Source of the DNA: Leptospiraceae bacterium
GTDB taxonomy: Bacteria > Spirochaetota > Leptospiria > Leptospirales > Leptonemataceae
Length of the DNA stretch: 64,000 nt
Reading direction: 5' to 3'
Assembly: GCA_040217195.1 (NCBI GenBank)
Contig: JAVJNR010000003.1
Span: 416,001-480,000, forward strand
The notes beneath the pieces were generated by a model, which did not search any database, was not told where the DNA came from, and saw only the letters and a list, made by a program, of their open reading frames with translations. Positions within the stretch are counted from its first letter, which is position 1. Every line of letters begins with the position of its first letter. Positions 50,174-59,881 of this stretch are shown here, in pieces. Position numbers and translations under genes: made by a program.

Positions 50174-51025
50174 ATGTGGCAGAAGATCCGGGCTTACCTG
50201 GATGAAAAACTCGTTAGACCCTTCCGGGAATCGCATGCTCCGGTGCAGGAACTGGCGCGGGGCGGAGCCATCGGCATGTTCTGGGCCATGACTCCGCTGG
50301 TGGGAGTGCAGATGTATCTGGTCACTATGAGCTGGTTGCTTCTGAAACTGGTTCGCTGGAAAATGAACCTGGCGGTAGGCCTGGCCATGGTCTGGATCAG
50401 TAATCCAATAACCATGGGACCCATGTATTATGCCTTCTACAAAATAGGCTACATTACATTTGATATGCTTGGACTAAATCCAATGGTGATCACATTTGAG
50501 AATTTCGAAGGAGTGCTCAAAACAGCCATGAGTCAGAATCTCCTGGATGGATTGATGACCTGGGGACAATTCTTGCTGAATGATCTGGGATGGCCCACAA
50601 TGGTGGGCGGACTTATTCTTGCCATCCCTTCAGCAGTGGCCACGTATCCTGTGACGAAGAGAATGGTGAACAAGCACCGCAGTAACCTGGCTCGCAAGGA
50701 AGGACTGACTCTCGAAGAGTGGGAAGCCAGACATATCCATAGCTTCCGGGACATTCTGAAGATAGAAAAAGAAGAGCATGAATCCGAGCGGCACAGTATG
50801 GAAGCCGCCCGTCATCCGGAAGAGTATTTTGCTTTAAGCAAGAAAACACCAAAGAGCAGTAAGCGCTCAGCAACACAGAAGAAGAAAACCAGCAAGAAAA
50901 AATCCGGCAGTAAAAATCAGAAGTTAACCGGGCAAAAAGCTAACAGCAGTGCTGCGAAAAAGAAACCTGGCCCCGGAAAAAAAACCGGCCCTCATGCCAG
51001 GACACGATCTTCCAGGTCAGCCTGA
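50174..51025 (+). CDS. DUF2062 domain membrane protein with a Lys-rich tail
   Basis: ELARGGAIGMF..TP, WISNPIT. Confidence 0.85.
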   Translation: MWQKIRAYLDEKLVRPFRESHAPVQELARGGAIGMFWAMTPLVGVQMYLVTMSWLLLKLVRWKMNLAVGLAMVWISNPITMGPMYYAFYKIGYITFDMLGLNPMVITFENFEGVLKTAMSQNLLDGLMTWGQFLLNDLGWPTMVGGLILAIPSAVATYPVTKRMVNKHRSNLARKEGLTLEEWEARHIHSFRDILKIEKEEHESERHSMEAARHPEEYFALSKKTPKSSKRSATQKKKTSKKKSGSKNQKLTGQKANSSAAKKKPGPGKKTGPHARTRSSRSA

Positions 51026-52075
51026 ATTGCCTGACTCAGTAATAAATCGCGCCATACTGTAGAAATCTTCAGGCTTCAAATCCTCTGCTCGGTTCGCCCA
51101 GTCTATACCGGATTGATTCGCAGCCGCTTCCAATTCATTCAATTCTTCTTCATTTGCAACGTTGTTTCTCCATGAGTTTCGCAAAGTCTTTCTCTTTCCC
51201 TGGAAACTCTTTCGTAGCAGCGGCTCCAGAACTTGCGATTCACATTTAGGCTTCACACTTTTTAGAATCAGAACGGAAGATTCAACAGAAGGAGGAGGCA
51301 AAAAGCAACCTCTGGATATAGAAGGCCCCTTGAAAGGATCCATGGAGTTTCTAACAAATACAGAAATGGAACTGCTTTTTCGAGTGTCGAGAATCCTCTG
51401 AGCATACTCTTTCTGTACGAGAAAAGCGCAGGCCCGTGGCCTTAATGCCACAGACTTTAGTAGCAATTCGGTGCTAATATAATACGGCAGATTGCCACAA
51501 ATAATACGCATTTCCGAATTGCTCGGCTGGCCCGAGGCAAACGATCGCTCCAGCCAGACCCGTGCATCGCAGTTATGCAAATGGAAACTCAGATTATTTG
51601 AGATTGTCCAGGTAGCATTTTGTGCCGATTGCCAGTCCTGGCCCAGTGTATCCGAAGGATGAATCCCCAGTTTGTCCATCCAGTGCTTCAGCGTTTCTTC
51701 GGACAAAATAGAACACAATAAAGGGTCCAGTTCCAGAGCCCGGTATTTGAATCTAGTTTCTGGAAATCTCAGTGCCAGCTCATAGATTGAGTCCCATAGA
51801 GCAAAACTGAGAGCACCGGTTCCAGGACCAATTTCCAGAATCTCAAGATCCTCTGGAGGGTCGGTATCTCCGGCATTGACTATTCGAAAGGGTAGCAGGG
51901 CCAGAACGCTCTCTGCAATCACTCGAACTGCATTCGGATCAGTAAGAAAATTCTGGCCCTTGCTTTTTAGAATGGCACCACCTCTTGCACTCAATGCCTG
52001 TTGTATTCGGGATGGACTGAAGAATGGATAGGATTGCATCGGTTCTTTAATAATATTTTGCAGAGGTATCTGCAC
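51017..52075 (-). CDS. rsmA: 16S rRNA adenine dimethyltransferase
   Basis: GQNFL, LEIGPGTG, GNLPYYIST, VQKE, FLPPPSVES. Confidence 0.92.
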   Translation of the reverse strand: MQIPLQNIIKEPMQSYPFFSPSRIQQALSARGGAILKSKGQNFLTDPNAVRVIAESVLALLPFRIVNAGDTDPPEDLEILEIGPGTGALSFALWDSIYELALRFPETRFKYRALELDPLLCSILSEETLKHWMDKLGIHPSDTLGQDWQSAQNATWTISNNLSFHLHNCDARVWLERSFASGQPSNSEMRIICGNLPYYISTELLLKSVALRPRACAFLVQKEYAQRILDTRKSSSISVFVRNSMDPFKGPSISRGCFLPPPSVESSVLILKSVKPKCESQVLEPLLRKSFQGKRKTLRNSWRNNVANEEELNELEAAANQSGIDWANRAEDLKPEDFYSMARFITESGNSG

Positions 52076-52081
52076 ATGAAG

Positions 52082-53881
52082 TCAATCTTCGCTTTCTGGA
52101 AAAGCACGATCCGAAATGGAGCCAGAACCCCAGAATTCTCCGTCAGAAAAATTCAAAGATAGCAAGGCGCCCAGAACAATGAATGCTACGGCCATTCGCA
52201 CAGAGTAACGAGCAAGACGTGGCGATGGAGTCACGCTAACGATTAGAAGTATCATGGTCAACCAGGACAGAACAAATGCAAAGTTCCACCAGGAATCATA
52301 TTCAAAGAATACGCAATATTGACTCATGGAGCGGGCCAGCCAGATAAACCATTCCAGCAAGATGGATACCTTTTGCCACAGTAGCTGAAGAAACGGACCG
52401 TCCAGGAATGGAATCATCCGTAGCAGGATTAACAGATATAGAGGCGGCAGCATCAAACCCACAAATGGAACCATTATGATATTGCTCAGATGGGAACTGA
52501 ACGGATATTCTTGAAATGAAAAAACCAGCAAAGGAGTGATAAACATACTGGCCGAAAGGCTTAAAGCCACCTGGGATCGGAACAATGTGGCAAACCAGTG
52601 CTTGCTCGAAAACAGGCCCCTCTCGATCCGTTTATAGAATATCAATATTCCCGAAACGGCTCCAAAGGATAAATATCCGGACAATGAATAAAACCCCAGG
52701 GGATCCCAGAAAAGTAGTAGAATTCCAGTGTTGGCCAGGTGGTGTTCCACGCCAATTTTTCTGTGCAAGACAGAACGCAACGCCAGAAGCAGAATAAATG
52801 CAAAAGCCCTGCAAAGAGATACCGGGAAAAATAGAATCCATACATAGAGTGCGCAAGGAATGAGCGGAAGAAACAGAGTAGCTGGATGTTTTCTTCCCAG
52901 TCCAAGAGAAAGAGGCAAAAAAAGCAGTCCATAGAAGATTCCAAGATGCAATCCACTGGCCGCAAATAGATGCATAATACCCAGCCTGCGAATTCGATTG
53001 CGAAAGTCTCTTTCCATCCATCCTGATTCTCCCAGCATTATGGCTCGTGCCACCCGGGCAGGCTGCTGGTCCAGACCGGAAAGAAGATTCATTAAGCGAC
53101 TGCGAATGGCCGTCCTGATACCAGACGGACAGTGTGTTTTCAGTACATGCCATTTTTTATATACCCTGAGATAACTTCTGGCACCCTTGCTTCTTAGATA
53201 CTGTCCGAAGCCGCCGGTGGGCCTTTCAGGCACGCCTCGCCCGAATACCTGGAGTTTCAAAGCGCATCCTGGAAACAGATGCTGATTATCCACGCTTAAG
53301 GCAGTGCGAAAAGGCTGATTCCTTAATCTCTGGATCTCGTCTGGAAAATCTAACAAAGTTGAGATCTCATGTCCGGAAGCCTCGAAGTTTTGTACCTTTG
53401 ATTTCTGGGAGCGCAAAGAATCCCCCCGGTCCCGATGATCTTCGCCATCCAGAACGGAACTCCAGTCCTCCCCGTAGTAGGTAGGATCCCTATCCTTCTG
53501 GTAATCGAGAATCTGGATTCTTGCCAGATACAGACCCGGATTGATGGACTCCTGAATTCGGGCCTGTGCCAGAAATCGGTGCTCATAGTCGGGTTCATCC
53601 GAGTTGAAATGAAACCAGTATTGGGGAGGATTAACCGGAGGCTCTGGAACCAGTAGCGATAGAAACAGAAAGGAAGCAGGGAGAAAGAAAACGATCCATC
53701 TTCGGGCCGGAAGCACTCTCTGAATCGGTTCGAAGACAAAAGAAAGTATGAGAAGAAGCAGGATAAAGGGAATGCCTGCAAGTGCCAGCGCAAGAAAGAT
53801 TCTACCAGACTTAAAACCCAGGGTCTCAATCAGAATACCGGAAATCAGCAGAAGTCCAACCTTCCAGAAAAGAGTCCGCAT
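52082..53881 (-). CDS. comEC: ComEC/Rec2 competence channel (no C-terminal MBL domain)
   Basis: GIMHLFAASGLH, SLCRA, LSFGAV; many TM helices. Confidence 0.85.
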   Translation of the reverse strand: MRTLFWKVGLLLISGILIETLGFKSGRIFLALALAGIPFILLLLILSFVFEPIQRVLPARRWIVFFLPASFLFLSLLVPEPPVNPPQYWFHFNSDEPDYEHRFLAQARIQESINPGLYLARIQILDYQKDRDPTYYGEDWSSVLDGEDHRDRGDSLRSQKSKVQNFEASGHEISTLLDFPDEIQRLRNQPFRTALSVDNQHLFPGCALKLQVFGRGVPERPTGGFGQYLRSKGARSYLRVYKKWHVLKTHCPSGIRTAIRSRLMNLLSGLDQQPARVARAIMLGESGWMERDFRNRIRRLGIMHLFAASGLHLGIFYGLLFLPLSLGLGRKHPATLFLPLIPCALYVWILFFPVSLCRAFAFILLLALRSVLHRKIGVEHHLANTGILLLFWDPLGFYSLSGYLSFGAVSGILIFYKRIERGLFSSKHWFATLFRSQVALSLSASMFITPLLVFSFQEYPFSSHLSNIIMVPFVGLMLPPLYLLILLRMIPFLDGPFLQLLWQKVSILLEWFIWLARSMSQYCVFFEYDSWWNFAFVLSWLTMILLIVSVTPSPRLARYSVRMAVAFIVLGALLSLNFSDGEFWGSGSISDRAFPESED

Positions 53882-53936
53882 ACGAACCTATGTTCATTAC
53901 GAACCAGGTGTCCCCGTTTTTTAACCGGATCAATTA

Positions 53937-54905
53937 TCAGAGATACTTTAATCCAACCGCTTCCCTGGCCCGGTTCAGGTATACGCTTGCAACGGATCGG
54001 GCCTTTTGCGCTCCTTTTTCCATTACTTCCTGCAGGAAGGCAGGGTCCGCAGCCATCTCTTCGCGTTTCTTACGAGACTCTGCGAATGTATCCATAATCC
54101 GCTCAAACAATTCTTGCTTGAAATGGCCATATCCGGTTCCCGGAGTGCGAAAGCGATCTGCCAGCTCCTGCCTTTCCTTTTCATTCAAGAAAAGACAATA
54201 GATCTGATAGAGTACCGAGCTTTCTGGATCCTTGGGCTCATCTACGCCAGTGGAATCCGTAACGATTCCCATCACTGTCTTACGAAGTTTCTTTTCCGGC
54301 GCAAAAAAGTAGATGGCATTCCCATAACTTTTACTCATCTTTCGCCCATCCACTCCGGGCACCACTGCAACCTCAGATCCTATCTCCGACTCGGGCATAA
54401 CAAAAACATCGCCGTATCGATTATTGAATCTACCTGCAATATCCCTGGTAAATTCAATGTGTTGCTTCTGGTCTTTTCCCACCGGCACTTTTTCGCTGCC
54501 AAAAGCCAGAATATCTGCAGCCATAAGGATTGGGTAAAAGAACAGTCCACCGGAAGGGCTGATTCCCTGAGCCACCTTGTCTTTGTATGAATGCCCCAGC
54601 TCCAGCTGGGGAACAGTGATTGAAGTTGATAGTAACCAGGAAAGCTCCGCCACTTCAGGGACATCGCTCTGCACCCAGAAAGTGGATCGATCTGGATCCA
54701 TACCAAGCGCCAGAAAATCCAGCACTGCATTCCGAATCCCTTCTTCCAGTTTCTCCTTTTCAAAAACGGTGGTTAGCGCATGGTAGCTGGCCACGAAACA
54801 GAACAATTCCTCTTTGTCCTGATAGTGGATCATCTGTCGCATCATGGAGAAGTAATTTCCCAGGTGCAACTGTCCGCTGGGTTGGATGCCGGATAGAACT
54901 CTCAT
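53937..54905 (-). CDS. trpS: Tryptophan--tRNA ligase
   Basis: SGIQPSGQLHLGNY, YPILMAADIL, VPVGKDQ, KMSKS. Confidence 0.98.
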   Translation of the reverse strand: MRVLSGIQPSGQLHLGNYFSMMRQMIHYQDKEELFCFVASYHALTTVFEKEKLEEGIRNAVLDFLALGMDPDRSTFWVQSDVPEVAELSWLLSTSITVPQLELGHSYKDKVAQGISPSGGLFFYPILMAADILAFGSEKVPVGKDQKQHIEFTRDIAGRFNNRYGDVFVMPESEIGSEVAVVPGVDGRKMSKSYGNAIYFFAPEKKLRKTVMGIVTDSTGVDEPKDPESSVLYQIYCLFLNEKERQELADRFRTPGTGYGHFKQELFERIMDTFAESRKKREEMAADPAFLQEVMEKGAQKARSVASVYLNRAREAVGLKYL

Positions 54906-54984
54906 CAATAGCACAGAATGGACATCGCCGTCCTGTGTCATTTTTTTTCTGTGCTGCGACTGTGCCTCCACCGAAGCTGGATTT

Positions 54985-55290
54985 GTGGATATTCTGGATG
55001 AGTCGTTACTTTATTTCGGGCTGCTAATTGGCGCCATGATGACCGGATGGTCCCTCTGGATGCTGGTGCTCTATATTAAGAAGAGTCCTGAGCAAAGAAA
55101 GAAAAGTAGCGTAGGACTATGGATCATACTTCTTGCTCTCTTACTGGGGCTGGGAGCGCTGGGAAAACCCATGCGAACCGTTATAGAAAGGATTCTTGAT
55201 TCACATTATCTCAGTCCAGAGCCAACCGGGATGGCAAAGGCAGAATTTCCCGTTTCCATCCCGACTTTCAAAATACCTCTACAAAAATGA
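54985..55290 (+). CDS. Hypothetical two-TM membrane protein
   Basis: Two hydrophobic helices; its stop overlaps the next start; start codon uncertain. Confidence 0.55.
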   Translation: MDILDESLLYFGLLIGAMMTGWSLWMLVLYIKKSPEQRKKSSVGLWIILLALLLGLGALGKPMRTVIERILDSHYLSPEPTGMAKAEFPVSIPTFKIPLQK

Positions 55291-55667
55291 GCGATACATA
55301 CTTTATTCTGTTTGGTCTTATCCTGGGCCTGTTGACCTTTCTACTCTACTTGCTGGTTCCCATCCGGCAGAGAAGGAAAAAAGCGGAGGAGGACCGAATC
55401 AAAGGTTATTGTCCAGTTTGCGGTCATGCTTTAAGAACTGGAGAAAGAATTCGATCCAATCAATTAGAACTGGGAAAAAGCAATCTGCGCACCTACATCA
55501 AAGGCTGTCCTTTCTGCCTGGGTGGAAAGACACCTCGAAAATGTCCGGTGTGCAGGGAAAAATTAAGCAAAGAAGACATGGTGGTGGCCTTTTCCAATCC
55601 TGAGGAAGATAAAAGGAAACTGAAAGTAATGGGCTGCAAGAAATGCTTCTCACAGGGATTCGATTGA
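55287..55667 (+). CDS. Membrane-anchored double zinc-ribbon protein
   Basis: N-terminal TM; four CxxC pairs (CPVC, CPFC, CPVC, CKKC). Confidence 0.8.
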   Translation: MSDTYFILFGLILGLLTFLLYLLVPIRQRRKKAEEDRIKGYCPVCGHALRTGERIRSNQLELGKSNLRTYIKGCPFCLGGKTPRKCPVCREKLSKEDMVVAFSNPEEDKRKLKVMGCKKCFSQGFD

Positions 55668-55777
55668 TGAATGTTTTCTCAGGAATGCAAACCGGCAAGA
55701 CTTACCCTTCCACAAATGGAAACCGATCCATGGATCATCGGCCTGGTGTGCAAAAATCCTGCCCAACTCTGCCATTC

Positions 55778-56806
55778 ATGAAAATCAGATGCTTACCTGG
55801 ACTATCGGGTAATTCATTGCGCAGCCTGGCTGTACCATTTCTGGCCCTGGTCTTCGTATCCTTAACAGCCAACTGCGCCACCTACTGGACAAATCGCGCC
55901 CGGGATTCCGGCGATTTGTTCAGCGCTGGTATTCAGCAAGATTCCTACGGAGTCTCCTTTCGGGCCGGGCCTGCGAAAATGGGATTGCACTATAAAGATC
56001 GTGAAGGTCTGGATATGGGTTATCGCCAGGGATACGTGGATCAATTCCAGTCCCAGTCTTTTTCTGCTCTATTGTTGGGAAGTGACATACTGACAGGCCC
56101 AATAGCTGAAACAACCGGCAAGAGTTCGCAAAGCGATGATGCGCCAACAATACGCAATTCGAATCAATCTGAATCCGATCCATCCGAAAAAACTCAAGAT
56201 ACCAGGGATGCGCAGGAGCAACTTGAGCAATTCCAGAATATGGAACTGGAAGACATAAAGAAATTGCCTGCATTCCAGCAGCTGAGCCCCCAGCAGCAGG
56301 AAAAATTCATTGAGCAGTTTAAGAGACTTAAAGAGCAGCCCATTCAGGATTCAAAGGTTCCGGATTCTCCTGCTTCGGAAGCACAACCTCCAACAGAAAT
56401 GGAGACTAGAAAGAAAACCTACCAGGCACGCAGTCCGCTGGGAACCAGTGTTCCCTTTAAGGACAAGAATCCATTGCTAAAGCCCAAAAACCGACAACCC
56501 GTATCCAGGGGACTGGCTCCTGGAAGCTACCTTACTTCCTTTGAGTTAAAGGCCGGGATATACGGAGGAATCTATCTTGCTTTTCATGCAGGGGAACTAA
56601 TCGATCTTCTGGCTGGATTCATGGGAATGGACCCTATGGGCGATGATGGTCCCTTTGAGATGGGCCGACCATCCAGCGACCTGGACGGGCTAAGCGAAGC
56701 CGAAAAGAAGCTACTGGAAAAACTACCTCCGGAACAGCGAAATCAATTCCTGGAACTCAGTCCCGAAGAAAGAAAACAACTACTGGAAAGAGCGAATCAA
56801 CGGTAA
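55778..56806 (+). CDS. Lipoprotein with helical LSPEE/Q-type repeats
   Basis: LTANC lipobox, CATYWTNRARD; FQQLSPQQQ / LPPEQR / LSPEER repeats. Confidence 0.7.
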   Translation: MKIRCLPGLSGNSLRSLAVPFLALVFVSLTANCATYWTNRARDSGDLFSAGIQQDSYGVSFRAGPAKMGLHYKDREGLDMGYRQGYVDQFQSQSFSALLLGSDILTGPIAETTGKSSQSDDAPTIRNSNQSESDPSEKTQDTRDAQEQLEQFQNMELEDIKKLPAFQQLSPQQQEKFIEQFKRLKEQPIQDSKVPDSPASEAQPPTEMETRKKTYQARSPLGTSVPFKDKNPLLKPKNRQPVSRGLAPGSYLTSFELKAGIYGGIYLAFHAGELIDLLAGFMGMDPMGDDGPFEMGRPSSDLDGLSEAEKKLLEKLPPEQRNQFLELSPEERKQLLERANQR

Positions 56807-56809
56807 AGA

Positions 56810-57766
56810 ATGTTAGGGGCTTTCTTAACCACCATCCTCTGGTCTTTTTCCGCCATTTTCGCACGTCGATCAACACGAGTGTTTGGCCCCAGCTTTGCGA
56901 ACTTCTCCCGCCTGGTTCTGGCCTGTCTCTTCCTTGGTTTGTACACACATCTATTTGCCCCCGCTCTGGAATGGCAGTCCTTTCAGATTCTTTTCTGGAG
57001 TGGTTTAATTGGTCTTGGTCTGGGAGACCTGGCCCTTTTTGTAGCACTTCCCCGACTGGGCTCCAGACTTTCTCTACTCATGGTTCAATGCCTGGCAGCG
57101 CCCATCGCTGCATTGATTGAATGGGCCTGGCTGGGCACTACCTTAACAGGATTACAGATTGTATCCGGCGCCATCATTCTCGTAGGAATTGCCATTGCTT
57201 TTCGACCATCCGGAGAAGTTAAACCAGATACACTTGGAATCGCTATGGGTTTGCTGGCAGCCATTGGCCAGGGTGCCGGGGCCATTATCAGCAGACGCGC
57301 TTACGATACTATGGAGCTTTCTGGCATCAGCGTGGATGGTGGAAGTGCAGCGCATCAGCGGATGCTGGGTGGAGTTGTAATCTCAGGCATCTACTTTCTT
57401 CTAGAAAGCTGGTACAAGAAGCAGAAGGAGACAAACCAGGCGAAAGCGAAAGCGCGGACAATCTCGGGAACTAATGCCTATCCCACTGGCTATGCAGACA
57501 CAAAACCTATAAAGAAGACCGTCCGGGATTATATGTACATCCTGGGTAATACATTGTGTGGACCGGTCATCGGGGTGGCCTGTTATCAATGGGCCCTTTC
57601 CGAACAGCCAGGAGGTGTGGTATTACCTATTGTGGCCACCACACCCCTGGTAGCCATTCCATTCACTCGATGGCTGGAAAAGGATTCTGCAGGATTGCAG
57701 GCCTGGGGCGGTGGAATTATTTCCGTTCTGGGCGTGGCCGGCCTGGTATGGTCCACTCCAGCCTGA
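56810..57766 (+). CDS. DMT/EamA family transporter
   Basis: Ten TM helices in two repeats; SGLIGLGLGD. Confidence 0.9.
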   Translation: MLGAFLTTILWSFSAIFARRSTRVFGPSFANFSRLVLACLFLGLYTHLFAPALEWQSFQILFWSGLIGLGLGDLALFVALPRLGSRLSLLMVQCLAAPIAALIEWAWLGTTLTGLQIVSGAIILVGIAIAFRPSGEVKPDTLGIAMGLLAAIGQGAGAIISRRAYDTMELSGISVDGGSAAHQRMLGGVVISGIYFLLESWYKKQKETNQAKAKARTISGTNAYPTGYADTKPIKKTVRDYMYILGNTLCGPVIGVACYQWALSEQPGGVVLPIVATTPLVAIPFTRWLEKDSAGLQAWGGGIISVLGVAGLVWSTPA

Positions 57767-57827
57767 TTACTCCGAGCAATCGGGACTTCAGCAAACCATC
57801 TGCCCGGGAATCATTCAGTCAGAATTG

Positions 57828-57836
57828 TGGTATAAT
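57828..57836 (+). promoter_or_regulatory. Extended -10 promoter element in a convergent intergenic region
   Basis: TGGTATAAT (TGn-TATAAT) with no + strand CDS downstream. Confidence 0.4.
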
Positions 57837-57883
57837 GAATTCAGGCTCATTAAACTACACATTCCGTCCTGTGCCAGAATAAT

Positions 57884-58014
57884 TGCAGGCATACGAGGCG
57901 GGGCATACACGACTGTGAAAAAAGGCACGCTGAATTGCGAAGTAGCCCATTCAGTCCGGCGATATTATACTGCCGCTTACGCTGCGCCTACAGGCTTGCC
58001 CGGCTATGCATGCA
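57884..58014. ncRNA. Candidate structured RNA
   Basis: Nested stems TGCAGGCATA/TATGCATGCA, GGGCA/TGCCC, CTGTG/TACAG, CTGAAT/ATTCAG, CGGCG/TGCCG. Confidence 0.35.
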
Positions 58015-58084
58015 GCCTTGCAAAGACTGCCTCGGGCCGGAGTCCATTTCGGTTATCCTGGTGGCAGATCATGGAAACTCAATC

Positions 58085-58777
58085 TTAATCAATGAATCGA
58101 TCTTTGAATCTTAGATTGGAGATGTCACAGAAGTCTCTTTTTCCAAACCACTTATAACGATTCGCAGCAATGAATGAGTACAGTCCTCGACCTATCCAGG
58201 AAAACGGAGGCCAGGACAACAGGTAGGCCAGAGGCTTTAAGAGCGGATAGATGATTCCTCCCACCTGCAAGAAAGCTTGATAGCCCTCAAATACTCGAAT
58301 TCGATTCAACGTCAAATTACCATGCTGCCCTTGCCTTGCGGCTTTAAAGTTAGATTCGGACCGATTCGCATCTAGCTTTTGAAATCTATCTGTTTCGCTT
58401 TCAGAATCCGTATCGCCGGACCGGCTTTCGACGGACGATTCTGAACGATCGTTTTCGCTTTTTCTCTTTCGCGGCACAGCAATCTTCATACTATCCGGAT
58501 CGCCTTCCAGAGCGCCAAAAATATATCTTGCCAGTCCACCCTGCAGCGAGGCGTATCGAAGCCTTCCTTTGCGGTCCAGTTTGAGCAAAGTATTCACCGA
58601 TTGATTGCAGATATTGCAGACCCCATCGAAAAAAACGATGGGCCCCTGTTTTAGCTCTCCATCAACGGACTCTAAATTCCAGGAACCTTCGCCAGCCGCG
58701 CTGTAATGGCCGGAAGCATCCGTATCATCCAGGGAAGTAGTTTCCAGATTCGATGTAGTTCTGATAGTCTCTGCCAT
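58085..58777 (-). CDS. DCC1-like thiol-disulfide oxidoreductase (DUF393)
   Basis: FFDGVCNICN, YASLQ, YSFIAANRYKWFGK..C. Confidence 0.88.
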   Translation of the reverse strand: MAETIRTTSNLETTSLDDTDASGHYSAAGEGSWNLESVDGELKQGPIVFFDGVCNICNQSVNTLLKLDRKGRLRYASLQGGLARYIFGALEGDPDSMKIAVPRKRKSENDRSESSVESRSGDTDSESETDRFQKLDANRSESNFKAARQGQHGNLTLNRIRVFEGYQAFLQVGGIIYPLLKPLAYLLSWPPFSWIGRGLYSFIAANRYKWFGKRDFCDISNLRFKDRFID

Positions 58778-58834
58778 AATTCAGTTGAAGTCATATCCCG
58801 CTCAACGGGCAGCGATTGTTATTCAATTAGAAGA

Positions 58835-59881
58835 CTAATCTTCCAGAGGCTCAAATGCATGCATTTCCAGAGATTCGGAGCGAACCCCTGTATCCAGATT
58901 GTACCCAAGAAGATCTTCAAAGTCTTTTCTTTTTTTACGTCCATCGATGTAATCATTGCACAATCTAATTAGTTCTCTGGAAAAGTTTGCAGCTCTGTGC
59001 ACCAATTCCATAAAACTTTCTGTGGACTCTTTGCCTGGATCGGCCGGATACCGCCAGGAGCGATTGTGGGGATTGTACATTTTTTCTGGAATGGTATGCC
59101 TGGGAGGAAGTATTAGATGCCGGGCCTTCCATTTATGAAGTGTAAGATTGTCGATTGTTCGCAAGAATCCTCTTACCAGCCAGGAACGAGTATCCAGTAA
59201 TTTGTTAAACTTTAGAAATCCCTGAAAGGCTTCATTGAGTACATCGCCTTTCTTGATAGATTCCAGAGTACCGATGTAATGTTCTTTGAAGTCCGATTCA
59301 TGGACTCTGGAAAGTGCATGAATCCACATTTGCCAGATATCGAAATCCATGTTTCGTCGGTCGCGCACATCCACAAACTGCAAGAAATGATATTTGTTCG
59401 GACTCATTCCCAGCCGCTCTGCAATCAAATAGGAATCCAGGGCATATTCCACTCTCAGATGATTTTCTTGAGCCTTTCTGGATCGTACTTGATCGGTGGA
59501 ATAGAAATCGCCGGTAATATAGAAAATGTAGGGATGAGTAACTATGTCTGTAGCGCAATGAGAAACATATCCGAGGGCAAATGCTTTTCTTTTTTCACGG
59601 GCTACCGAGTCTTCCCGGATTCGATCCAGAAAGGCAAGAACCAGTTCAAATACCTTTCTATGATGTGTAATGTTGCCCCAGGTAATTCCGGTGGTGTTCT
59701 TTTTCTTATTAAGCAGATGATAAAAATAGAATATGTCCGGTGCCACGGCTCCAAAGCAACCAAAGCGAAATAGGTGCTCCTGGTGTAGCATCCGGGCAAT
59801 AGATCGATCAAACTCATCTCCGTGCTCCATAAGAGCCAGAGACTGTCTGAATACTTCAAGATGTGTGAGCTTGGCGGCCAT
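58835..59881 (-). CDS. Zinc-dependent phospholipase C family protein
   Basis: LTH, GAVAPD, GYVSHCATDIVTHPYI, HLRVE. Confidence 0.85.
   Translation of the reverse strand: MAAKLTHLEVFRQSLALMEHGDEFDRSIARMLHQEHLFRFGCFGAVAPDIFYFYHLLNKKKNTTGITWGNITHHRKVFELVLAFLDRIREDSVAREKRKAFALGYVSHCATDIVTHPYIFYITGDFYSTDQVRSRKAQENHLRVEYALDSYLIAERLGMSPNKYHFLQFVDVRDRRNMDFDIWQMWIHALSRVHESDFKEHYIGTLESIKKGDVLNEAFQGFLKFNKLLDTRSWLVRGFLRTIDNLTLHKWKARHLILPPRHTIPEKMYNPHNRSWRYPADPGKESTESFMELVHRAANFSRELIRLCNDYIDGRKKRKDFEDLLGYNLDTGVRSESLEMHAFEPLED

Noticed and set aside
52082..53881. comEC pseudogene lacking the MBL domain
   Set aside because: The frame is intact and ComEC proteins without the beta-lactamase-like domain are common
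57711..58088. 125 aa + strand ORF
   Set aside because: Overlaps the DMT gene end, has no family features, and the region is better explained as non-coding
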